Source: Phoronis australis
Lineage: Eukaryota > Animalia > Phoronida
Assembly (NCBI GenBank): GCA_002633005.1
Contig: NMRA01000122.1
Span: 338,171 to 402,170, forward strand
Reading direction: 5' to 3'
Length of the DNA: 64,000 nt
Each line of letters begins with the position of its first letter. The first letter of the stretch is position 1. Shown here one piece after another: positions 24,414 through 36,818 of this stretch. The position numbers and the translations under genes were made by a program. The notes below the pieces were generated by a model. The model did no database searches and was not told where the DNA came from. It was given only the letters and a program-made list of their open reading frames with translations.

Positions 24414-27400
24414 CTAGAGATTATAATTGGTGGACTAGATGTCTGTAAAATAAAATACAAATTTTAGGTGTATTCAAGAAATCACAGGGTAGTTTGGTTA
24501 TCGTCATGTCTGTATACCAAGTTAGTATTCTCATCTAAGAATAAAAAACAACTGCAAAACTTGCAATAGTCACGTACAGGGGTCGCTGCACCTTGAGATC
24601 CAGATTGACGCTCATTATTTAGTGGAGGAAATTTGTTATCAAAATGCAGGACCACTACAAGTGTCTTTTACCACAATCCTTCGAAAAAAATTATTTTCAT
24701 TTGGTAGTTTGGTGTTAAATGATTGTAGTACATTACAGTGTGATTTTGCACAAAAACAATTCCAAAAACACACGTCCCTATACATTAAGCTGATGGTGTT
24801 AAGTTAAGAGTTGCCCGGGAAATCAAGCCTTTTGCTTTCACAGTTTTCTTGGTTTTGATGAACTAGTCTGGAGTATTACCCCCATTCACTGATAGTAGTG
24901 TGTATTTCATGGTCCTCGAGTCCTAAAAATTATGTTGTGTTTTCATGACAGTCGTAAAGCAAAAAACAAGCTAGCAGTGCATTAGAATTTTTTTGGCGTA
25001 AATTAGTCAGAAAAAAAAAACAAAATTCCGCTTTTCCGACATAACGTGCATTACATGGGAGGCCATTTACAACATGATGCATTAATCAGTCACATGTGGA
25101 TAAAGGCAAAACAAGCTATTAATGAACTCCTGCCTATGACAGTAATTGCGAAGAGGACTGCACACAAGTCATTAAGGGGACCACAGCCAGGTGGTGCTGC
25201 TGTGACTGTCCTGTTGAGTAACAGGAAACTGGCCAGACTCCAGCCTGACTTTCATTACACATTATGTAAGGTTACTGCAGCAGTCATCACTGTAGGACAG
25301 GACAGGCCAGTGGGATGTTATTGCAGTCACCAAGGGACTGCCATTTAAAGCCATCTACAGCCACGGCACCTTATTGCCTGTATCCCCTCTGTGGTAGGTT
25401 GCCACAAACTTTTCTGCAGAGCACGCCAATTTCAATGTACCCCTAACGCTGATTTTAAAACTACACAGCATGCTTCTGGTACTCAAAACAGAGTAAATCC
25501 GATTAGACTGGAGACCAAATTAAGGCCTGTGGTCACAATTAGGCCCAGATATATACACACTCAATTGTGGTGGTCACTTTGTTCACAAGTGGAGTATTAT
25601 GCTCCTGTGGTGTGATTGGACATGCTGACCAGTTCTGAGTGCTTTGGTCATCATCTTTTTAATTCCATTTGACAGAGCGGGGACTGTACCTCCAAGTTCT
25701 GTCTGTAAGGATCTTTGGAGTTGGTCCATGCAGGCTTGTGAAAGACTGGCTTATTGATTAGCAGTCTTCAGTTAGCATGCAGTGTTGGGGACTGCACAGT
25801 AAGCCATATATGGCTGTCATGTGGTGGACAGATTAGACAGTGGCTGAGGATTGTACTCATTCAAATGCCAGAGATGACAAGAACTACACCACACAGCTCT
25901 CTCATAGGGAGACCCTCTTAAGACCATTAAAAGGAGTTTAGAAAGTAACCATAAACAATGTGCTGTAATCTGAATAGAATTCATGGAAAAGGGCCAACTG
26001 TTAAAACATTAGTTCTGTGCAGACACAGTCAGACCAACATCACTTGCGAATTGGATCACCAGAATGTAGAACAAGAGAACAGTGAACAGAACACCTGTAA
26101 TCCAGCAGCAGGTATGGATGCAATACAACACCTGGAGTCCTTTCCACTTCTACCAGATATTGTCTCAGCATTTGGCATCTGACCCCAGTCTGTTTTGGCA
26201 GTGTAATATTCCACCAACCATGTGTGGCCTGATAAGTCACCAGGGTTGATGTCCAGAGAGACTGACACATGCTCCATTCATCACAACTGTCCAAGAGCTT
26301 CCCATGTGGTGTTAGCAGGGGTCTGCCGTCATCAAAGTGACTCCATTAGGGGATGATCAGCTGTTGGGTTCAGATACAATAAACAATCCAACACTCTAAT
26401 GAGATAACCATGTGCCAGAGTTAATTGAGCCCAGGCTGATAAGAGACAAGTTAGACAGTGCTGCCACCTTCAAACTTTAAACGTGACTATCGGTGAATAG
26501 TGGAGGGAAGGGAAATATAAGGATAATTGGTCAAAATAGTAAGTCCTCAAAATGGCAAGATTTTTCTCAGATCCATGAACAACTTTTCAAGCAAACACTT
26601 GCATGAACAGCAGTAACTCTTTTATTGTCCAAGAACAATTCTGTTCCAAGTAGACGTGCTCACGCACAATAACCTATGACTGCAATAAAAATGTTAATAA
26701 GAAGGTCTTCCCCTGACACAAACAGGCACATGTTTTTTCTCAGAACACAACTTCAACTTGACACTGAAGCCTACTAACACCATCAGCTCCACTGCCATCA
26801 ACACCTCACACCAACCACAGGTATTTCCTAATGGTTGATTGTCACAAGTTTTCTACCTCTCCTGCTGAGTAACCAACCACTCAATAATGGCTATTTAGAA
26901 ACTGTGACCATACAGTTCAGAGATGGCCAATTTCATGTTATTTAAATCAAAACAGACAATCAATATCATCAGCAATGGCATAATGGTTCACCATGTGTGT
27001 CCTCAAGAGGTAATTAAAGCTTGATGGCTGAACAATCACAAAACATCCCTGCCACACTGATTCAGCCAATACCAAACTATCAAAAATGGCCGACGCCATT
27101 TACCCAACAAGCTAGTCAAATACGCTAATTTTCACTATTCAACCAACAGGTCGGCTAAATAAGCTGATATTTGCCATTTACCGGACAAACCATTCAATGA
27201 TCTCATTGGTAGATATTTATGACGTCACTTTTTGTCGGCTAAATAATCAGATACTTGCTATTCACTGAGGATTTCATTGGTTTAACGCATCACCACATCC
27301 TTGTCAGTTAGCGAGATTTTTGCTATTCATTTGACACACTTTCAGCCACCAGATCATAGATTAAGATGACGTCAGGAGCTTGTCAGAAAAATAATTTCTA

Positions 27401-29310
27401 CTACTTGCCCAACAAACATTTTGGCTCTCATAGGCCAACATCATCGAGCTGAGGACAGGGACACGCTACATTAATGTCTGAGACAAGTTCACTTAACTGA
27501 GACTATCCAACTTCTGTTTGGACAGGTAGAGCTGTCCCCTTCCAATTAAACTGTCTGCGTACCTGGTGCTCAGATGTCTGACAATAATTTATCTATGTTT
27601 TTGAAATTTAGGTTGCAAAAGATGCAGCCATTTTTGACAACATTGCATTCAGATTGTTGGGTTAAAGAGCCAGCTGCCCAGTAATCCCTGCAGGGTTCAT
27701 AGACTGAATCTCTACAGAAACTGTAGTATTTCTACAGTAAACCTATTAAAAATGATGACTTTTCTAAAGAAGCTCCCTCCAAATGGGTCCTATTTTAAAG
27801 TCCACTCTTTACTCAGTGGGTATCCTAATTTTCCTGTGATGATTGACATCAAAAATATTTAAGCACCTCCCGAGGCCAACCCCTCTCATCTTAGACCATG
27901 GCCCCCAAACTTGCTGCAAATGTTCGTAAGTTGACAATGGTAATATTACATATTTTTTTAGAAATTTAAGCGCTTTATCAATGAGCATAGTATTTAACAT
28001 GCGATGTATTGTAATAGATGAAAAGAACTTGTGGCCTATAAAGGTTTGGAAGATTGGAAGATGCAACTTCTGGGCTGCTTTCATCATCTTGCGATCAGAT
28101 GAGATCTTTTAAATGCTGAATCTGTGTGTTCAGATTGAGCCTAGGTTAACGAAAGAGTTTTCTAAGACAAAAGTAGGCCTGCCTGGCCAGCAGCATGGTG
28201 CATTAGCCAGTATCACACTCCTCCAAATAACAAACAGTGAAATGTGAAGATGGTGGAATAAACAGCCGGCTGACACCTGAGCCCAAACAAGATGATGTCA
28301 CTTCAAACAAAAAATTCTCAAAGAAATGCTAAGTGCTTGCACTCGCCAGTTGGAGGATGTCAAAACAGCTGCACGCGACTGGCCATGTTGTTTGAAAGGT
28401 AGCACAAGCCATCCTGTCTTGACACGCGTACATTAGGCCTCTACTATTTGTACAGTGAGCCAGCACAGTAAACAAACCAGGTAAATGGGGACAGTGCTGG
28501 TAAAAAATGGTGCCTAGTAATAAACAAGCATGGCAGGTAATGGATGATTGGAGATCAACGATGACAGATAAGTACAAATTGAACACAGTCCCCGACACAG
28601 GACACACACGGTGAGGATACACACAGTAATCAAATATTTACCAGCGCAAAAATCAGATAGGGCTTCCACCTTTGTTAAGTCGACACCCACGGGCACCAGC
28701 GAGTCCCGATACGCCAGTTTTGCATGTAAACTACACGCTTTGCGTCTAGCCAACCATGTACAGTTTTGCTTAAATAAATCACTGAAATTAACATATTGTC
28801 AGCAGATGATAAATGGAAAGACGGCACACGAATCTCTTCATGCCTGCCTACGTGGACATGGATAAGAGCCCTAATCTGATGAAGAGACTTAGGAACGCGT
28901 GACCATTTTGAGTAAATGATGCTCAACAAACAAAACCTTCAATCGCACATAGCCACACGTGTCTTCAGCTTACTGCTATAAAATCTAACCATGAATATGA
29001 ATGCCAACAAAATCAAGGTACACAGCAGTTTCCATTTCAGAAAAACTAAATATTGTTTGAGAAGGCAAAACACCTGCCCAGTGGACATTAGTTGGCACAC
29101 TCCCCACCAGCCCCCACTTGGGGGTGTGAATGAAACAACAAGCGCTCAGACGCTGCTTCCGCCGAGTCACACCAGTCTTCAGCTTACTGAACACTGGTTG
29201 ACTTCACATCCAGGTAAAAGAATAGCGTACAGTCCAATAAAAAGTTTCAAAGTTAAAGTTAAATATGTGCTGATCAATTGCAGCTAAAAATTGACCTTAT
29301 TTTACTTTTC

Positions 29311-29442
29311 AGTAGGAAGGTGGGAGGGATTGAGGGAGGGGAGGTAGGTAGGAGTGAGGAAGGAGGCAGAGATGGGGCCGGAGGGGGAGGGAGGGGGAGG
29401 GAGAGGGAGAAGCGGAGGGAGGGAGGAAGGGAGGGAAGGAGA
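29311..29442. repeat. Polypurine (GGAG/GGA-rich) low-complexity tract
   Basis: About 130 bp of almost only G and A, with many GGG runs. Confidence 0.9.
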
Positions 29443-29960
29443 TATTTTATTTATTCTTTTTTCCCCCCACTTTACTTTTTATTATGTATCATTCCAATGT
29501 GCAGTGATAAGTTCCACAAGCTTTTCTCATTGATACTAGTGTGCGACTAATGTGACTGTGAACATTGAACAATCATGTTTAAAACAGTCTGTCACTTAAC
29601 AAGCACCAACTAGCTTCCAAAATGACATTTCGTTCTAGTCAACAAACAAAAATGCTCAACATAAATAACTTCATATTTTAAGCCAGGAAGAATCAATGAT
29701 TAAATGCGCAACGTAAAACTACCGGTAATTGTGACAGTTTCTAAGTCAACCAAAACAGAAATGAAACTGCTTTGAGGAGCATCTGATTTAGCGAAATGAA
29801 CAAAACAAAGATTAAGTAACAATGATGTTGCGAGATGATGATGATGAAGACATTTTTTATGGTGATAACAGAAACGATTATTAGAAGCGCAGCTTCTGCT
29901 TATACACCAACACTTGGCAAAAATGGATGAAAAATGATGATGACTCAATAATGATGATAG

Positions 29961-30285
29961 TTTAACTACAACAATGATTATTTCACTACAGCAATGATTA
30001 TTTCACTATAACAATGATTGTTTCACTATAACAATGATTAGTTCACTACAACAATGATTATTTCACTATAACAATGATTGTTTCACTATAACAATGATTA
30101 GTTCACTATAACAATGATTAGTTCACTATAACAATGATTGTTTCACTATAACAATGATTAGTTCACTATAACAATGATTATTTCACTATAACAATGATTG
30201 TTTCACTATAACAATGATTATTTCACTATAACAATGATTGTTTCACTATAACAATGATTAGTTCACTATAACAATGATTATTTCA
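29961..30285. repeat. 20-bp minisatellite, 16 copies, with a 60-bp higher-order pattern
   Basis: (T/G)TTCACTATAACAATGATT(A/G). Confidence 0.95.
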
Positions 30286-30352
30286 ATCATGATGAGATGA
30301 TGAAGAATGGCAATGAACAGTAGCTGATGACACACTCAATACAGCGCTTATG

Positions 30353-30462
30353 ATATCACACTCCAAATAGCACTATATCACACTCCAAATAGCACTATAT
30401 CACACTCCAAATAGCACTATATCGCACTCCAGGCAGTGCTATATTGCACTCCAGATAGTGCT
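30353..30462. repeat. 22-bp minisatellite, about 5 copies
   Basis: ATATCACACTCCAAATAGCACT three times plus two diverged copies. Confidence 0.9.
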
Positions 30463-33379
30463 TGATAGATCAATTCATTCACCAAATTTCAGAATATCCC
30501 TCCAGACAGAGCTATGTCTATGCAAAGCGAAAAACAAAAAAGGCCGTCACATCCGATTTCAACCAAAAACAAAAGCCCTCAAGCTTTTGAGGAGACATGT
30601 TGAGAATTTCATGTCGATTGAATCTGAAATGCAACCAGTAGTGTGTGAACAACAAAACAAAATAAACAAATTTTAAGATATTGTAACATTAAAGCAGGCC
30701 TTCGCCAAGTAAAAACAAACCATCCACACACAGTAATTGGCAAAAACAGACAGCAAATAAAAATGTGATTTAAGATAGTTTTGTTGCAAAATGTCTATTT
30801 AAAACCTGAACATGGTTTCACCTTCACCTCAGTCAAACCAGCCACAGGGCACCCATCTGTCAAAGGCATGAGGCCATATTGCCCCTTAGAGTCATTAACA
30901 AAGCATCAACAAGGCAATGACAGAGAGAAGACATAACATTAACACAGGAGATGGGAAGAGAGATAGCAGCCAGCCAAGCAGATAGAGCCATCTGGTGTTG
31001 GTCAGAGACCATGACAGACACAATATGTTTCATCAGTAGATCAAAAGTTGAAAAAATACTGAAACATTAGGACCTGTGAATACCTGAAACAAGAGCCTGT
31101 GAATACCACTAAAGTGATATTCCCGAAAGTCTTTACTTTTCTGTTGCTATTAGCCTTGTTAAAGCCTCTAGCATGCAGTTAGTTTCATGCAAGCCGACAA
31201 AATACAGTCAAGTTCCCAACTGTATTGATTTCCATATTTGGAAAAGCACGCGACTGCTACTCAGATAGTAAGATTATGAATGTATTGACGATACCCAACG
31301 GACGTTAATATGGAATTAAGAGTTTGAATAAGAGAACCACTGTGACGAGGGGACCACTCTGCCCCCTGGTGTTGGGAGGGACAGCTTTCATTTTAAGTTA
31401 CTCAACCTCATTCCTATGATCAATCATGAGCCAGAGAAGTTTGGATCCAGCTAGTCTCAGCTATGAAACTAGCCTATGTGGCGATGGTACAGAAAGGAAT
31501 GAAGCCAGAATTCTACAGCTTTCATTTCAAACATCTGTAGATTTGTGCCAAGTCCACTGAGAGAACAGCAGTTTCCAAAATCCAGTAATTGATCTCATGT
31601 CTGTTGTTAAAACATTGGGGCATTGTCTAGCATCACCCCTGCACACCTATTATCAAACACCCTTCAAAGAGATATTTCAACCAGTGATACTTTCACACAA
31701 AAGGAGCTTAGACTACTGTTAGTGACATCCATGGTAGATGGCGTTAAAAGGTTGTGGTTCTTGTACAAATCTATTGACAATACAAGGTCTGCTGTGAACT
31801 GGATAGTTTCTAATAACAAACATGATATTCGCAAGCATTACGCCCTGTTGCAGTAACAGCGTTCACATCAGCGGTAGTACACAGAAGTAATCACTGCCTG
31901 TGATGCAGTTGTTTTACCAAGCACCTCCATTATGCTTTTCATCACAGCACATTATAAAAACCTCCTGTTTTGTTTCAATTTCCAGCGACAGCAGTTTCCA
32001 AATCGAGGCTAAGTCCTGATATCAGTCCAGTCCATTGTTATGATGTTAAGCATTACCGCAAACTTTTTGTCTGGCATCACAACTAATGCAGGCCAATTAT
32101 CTACCATGGTTGAAACGGCTACTAAAACGGGCACCAGAGAACCGAAACTTAACACATCTACTTTGGCTAATTTTCATCAATTTCTTCAGGTGAAGATTGA
32201 CCATCTAACTTCTTATGGGAATTCAATTTCAGAAACCAGTTTGAAAAATCACTAGCTTTAGAGCAAGATACCTCATTTTAGTCAGTGTTTTATTGCTGTA
32301 GTCATTGCTAATGCGGCAATTGACCAGTATCGCCAGGACTTTGAGTGATGGTTTAAGTGACCAATCAGAACGCAGCATTCTTGACACATCTTGTTTCCAA
32401 GCTCTCATGTTACGCGACAAATAACACGTTGCTGGGTAAGACTTATTGTTTGTTTGTCAACATTTCGCAAGGGGGCGGAGCTTGCGATAGGTCAATTGCT
32501 CTACTCCACACAGCAGGACCTTGGATCAGCGTTCTTGATAAACAGGCTTCCTAACAACAGTCGCTCTTATGATGAAGTACAAGGTGTTGCGAAACGGGCC
32601 AAGTTCAGTCTTATTGGACAATTTACGCAATTTAAAGCAGATACAAAACGGCCAATATTTCAGATATAAAACAAGTCAAAAATAGCCTTATGTGAGAACT
32701 GAAAAATCAGCCATTTAGAAGCAAAACTGATGCCATTGTCAATGTTGGGCACATTTTCACCACAGAACTTGAAGGAAAGCCATTTATAATTACAATGAAT
32801 AACTAATGTACCTGTGGGCAAAAATTAACATGGCAGCCAGTGCTGTCCGTCTTCAAATGATAGATTTTATTAAATATAATTTGTAAAAACAGTAACTATA
32901 GCATCATGACTGAAAAGTGTCTGGCAGAAGTGAAGCATTGTGGGTGAACAGGAGGGGAATTTCACCTCTACGGCAGGACAATTTACAGTAAAATTTCCTC
33001 AAATTCGAACAAAACATGGCCAAAATTGTCATTTTTCATTTGTCAAATGCTCACTTCATTATAAAAAATGTTGTGTTTGCTGATGACAGCTGTACTACAA
33101 TGGAGTAAAATTGTCTTCTTGTTTACTCATGTTGAAAATTTTGATGAAATCGAATTTATCCAATGTTCCGCCATATTGAGTTCTAATTTGAAGAAACTTC
33201 ACAATTCCATTCTCATTTCAGTGGAAAGTTTCAAAAACAAATAATTCAGAGGTCTGCAGCATTAACTAAGTGTACACCTGGAACATCTGGGGTGGTGGAC
33301 ATCATCTGCAGGGTTGACTTCTTGAAGGTCATCCCTTATGGTGGCATTGAAAGATGAGTCAACTGTTTATGGACACAGG

Positions 33380-33830
33380 AGGGACTAATTGAAGTGATTA
33401 ATTTAGCCTCACTGAGAGTGAAGCAGCACTCACCGTTTGAGTGTAGGGCCCAGTATGTTTAAGTAGGCATGGTAATCATTTACACGAGAAGGATGTCCAA
33501 CCAGGAGGCTTATGGGCTTAACCAGCTTTCTCCCTCAGGGGTCCTGTTGACCCAGTGCACAACTTATGAGGATCAATTAGATACTGGGAAAATTAGCTAG
33601 GCACGACTTGTGCAGGCCAATGCTAGGGCGTTCCTAAGACCGTGCAACCAGTGACTGAGTCCCGCACGTGTCGAATGTCATAGTACTGTGATCACGTGCC
33701 AGCCATAATCAGCGGATGTGACTCCGCAGGTGAGCAAAGGCCAGTTGGGGATTAACCCTGAATTCGGGGTTACCGTGGATACTACAGGTGTTTAATGAAG
33801 TGTTTAATGCTTCCAGCCTGGCCTCACATG
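33380..33830. promoter_or_regulatory. Candidate enhancer with Hes/Hey-type and proneural E-boxes
   Basis: CACGAG 33483, GGCACGAC 33600, GCACGTG 33664, TCACGTGCC 33692, GCAGGTG 33726, ACAGGTG 33784, and several TAAT sites. Confidence 0.35.
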
Positions 33831-35502
33831 ATCAATACAGTGAACAGCCATTTCATTCCTTACAAGTCATCTCAGTTTGAAAAGACAATTTGTCCGGTGT
33901 AAAAAGATTGTCCACTGTTCAAGGTCTGGTCACCACAGTATTGCCAATCAGTCAGCCACAATGTTTACATACCAAAAGTTTATTTATTCACCAGAGGTGG
34001 CTGAAGTATAATTTGAACACTATCAATACATCCAGTTGTCACTAGTGAACCAGGTTATGTTTTGCTGACCTCAACATGTTCCAACAGTGTCAACAAAACG
34101 AATAGATCAATTATGGTAAAAGGCCAAGAAACACTAACACAGTTCACGCTTATTAAGACCCTTTTATTCCCACATTCCTGAACAGTTACATTTTTATGAT
34201 AACGATTTTATACATGTTAACCGTTATTTTTATACCCATTTAAACATTTACTAAATATTGTCCTACAAACAACAGTGATTGTTATCAGATATCTGCCAAG
34301 ACTGTGTTACCTTAATCAATTGTATTTTTGTGGGTATCATAATATAAGGACAGCTCAGGTGAACATTTATTCATCAAGATTAGTTGGCACTAGTGAGCAA
34401 GTACCCTGCCCGAAAGACAGGTTTCATTGCAACATCATAGTAGGACATCACCTCAATCAGGTCAAGTAGACATGGGATGTGCCATTAAGTAATGCATATT
34501 AATCCAGTTACGAAAATTAAAAGCCTTTTGCTAAATTCAAATAAGAATTCCCAATGTGAAGGTTCATATAGGGAGCTAGGATTAAATTTGTTCAAATAAT
34601 TCCAACTAAACATTTTTTGCAAAGCAACACTGTATAAATGGTTCTCTTTTTTACAAAATGTCCTAAATGTTGGTTTCTTATTTTCATGCCACACTTTTTA
34701 AAAGGGAAGGCATCCTACTGGCATGCTCTCATCAACGAAGTTGGTATAGAGTTCTGGGGTACTTTCAAAATCCAGATCAATGTGGAATCTGGACATCTGG
34801 GAAAATGGTTACCACACATAATACCAAATGATACAAAATGCTATCTGTTAACCACGCCTCAACCCAACTGCCACTTCTTTTGATTTCCCACCCGAGATGA
34901 TATCTACCAGGCAGATGATATTACCGAAACCACAAATGCACAAACCTAAGATACCAATCAGGGACTTGTGAAAGAGCCCCACATGTTTTGCATTTGAGAC
35001 ATGGGTGTAAGGCAAAGAAAATAAGCCATAATGTTGTTATTTTATCAATTTTTGTTCTTGCATCCGTATGGCTCTTATAGGTTGTCTATTTCATAGCCAC
35101 AAGTTTGTCCATAAATGGTCGCCATTAACACTTCCATCAGTATTGAAGATGAACAACAGACCACTGGAGCTCATAAGGTCTCACTGGTAACCCATGAATG
35201 CATGCCATTTTTATGCCTTTTGGATTTTCTAATTTCATGTGTAGTCACTTGCTCTTCGTACAGCACTTTAATGTCCACTGGTGAATGAGGGCATTGCGGT
35301 CAGTCATATAAGTTTGTGAAAAAGTCTCGCCAATTTTTCTGAAAGAGCCCTGGGAAATTTTTTTAACGCAAATTCACTTTGGGAAATTGGGGACATATAG
35401 AGATCCCTGGAACCTGACACGTCACCTCCAAGAGAGCAAATACCCCACGCCTAACAACGTGGAGCCCCAATAACCCCCCAGGTATCATACCGTCCTAGCA
35501 GC

Positions 35503-35786
35503 CAGGGCTTGGAATGACCAATGACAAAAAACGCGGAAACTTTTACGGCCCAAAACATGCGTGCTACCCAGCCTTGAAATAGTCGTTGTGAACCTTTCGC
35601 CGACAAAAATCGGTAGGATTGAAAAAAAACGTGAACGTCGTTGGCAATGCCGCGGTAAGAAAGGAATTTGCCGCGGAAATTTTATATCAAATCCGATTTT
35701 TTTTACGTGGAAATATAATAAAATGCGCGGACAGAACATTTTAAAAAAGCGGAAATCCGCGTTTCAGCGGAAAATTCCAAGCCCTG
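35503..35786. mobile_element. 284-bp hAT-like MITE
   Basis: Perfect 13-bp TIRs CAGGGCTTGGAAT / ATTCCAAGCCCTG, a flanking direct repeat AGCAGC, several subterminal GCGGAAA-like motifs, and high CpG content. Confidence 0.85.
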
Positions 35787-36651
35787 AGCAGCACACCCCA
35801 CAAAATATAGTCCAGCATCTCCAACACCACCCCTCCCTGCAAAAAGTAGACTGATCCTGCACTAAAACAATTGCACTCAGGACTGGTCTAGGCAGGACTC
35901 CAACACTAAATTTAGTACCCACAATATCTGGGCCTCCAAAAAAACAGTCGTGGGTAACCACAGAGTTCTGGGGGCCATCCAGCTGATAAGAACACCACAA
36001 TGGCGTCATTGTTACCTGGCTCACCTCCAGCTACACTAAGTACAAGGAGGATAACCACAAGTGAACATATATAGAAGACAAGAGTTTACTCAAGGGAGGG
36101 GAGGCTGGTGTAGGGTCATAGTTGGCAATATTAATAGGAAAATAAACAGCAGCGGTGTGAAAAAATCATGCTGGTGTCTGGTAACTTTGTAAAACGATAT
36201 CATTTGGCTAATTACGAGCAGACTACCTGTATTGAAACCAGACATGGATTAAAGAAAGCTTAGTAAGAAAAGTGCATCAGACATCTAGAGATTGTGTCAA
36301 GCTTGTCAAGCATTCGAGTCCTTTAGAGATGACAGTGAATTTAATGCTTTTTATGCCTGTTAGTCTTGCAAAATGAATAAAGTAAACTCCAGGTAACAAA
36401 CTGAAAGGACTTTAAGAGTTTTTTGCAAAACAGGAGCCTCATGAGAACGTCATTGGTCTTAGATTGTTTGTACTGACGGAAAATGATGCAGCCAACCTTT
36501 CATTGTGGCAATGACATGCAACAACTGAAAGACTGGCATTTAAAGCAAAGGGACAAGACATCAACGACCATGTTCTGTTCCTTAGAAGTCAAGGAAGTAA
36601 TTTGCACAATTACCCGAGTGTACCACCTGTAATAAGCACGCCTTCTCTCAC

Positions 36652-36818
36652 CTGTGAACCACGCCCCTCTCGTGCATGTAACACAGGGCGGACACCATCT
36701 GCCGAACAAACGGCCATGCTTGCTCCTCCGTGAGTCGCGAGTCCCTCTGTGAACGGATGAAGGACAGTAGCTCACCACCATTGGCAGACTCTAGCACCAG
36801 ACAATAGAAGGAGCTGGC
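36652..36818 (-). CDS. HUNK: HUNK-like kinase coding exon (subdomains V-VIb start)
   Basis: ttccattgtag|GCCAGC...CACAG|gtgaga; 167 nt, phase 0/2. Translates ASSFYCLVLESANGGELLSFIRSQRDSRLTEEQAWPFVRQMVSALCYMHERGVVHR and joins in frame to both neighbouring exons. The listed ORF 36500..36781 is in a different frame. Confidence 0.93.

Larger units (their letters stand above)
1582..36651 (-). other. About 35 kb phase-2 intron of the kinase gene, splitting the Arg codon of HRD
   Basis: CAC AG|gt...ag|A GAT reconstitutes H-R-D. Confidence 0.9.
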
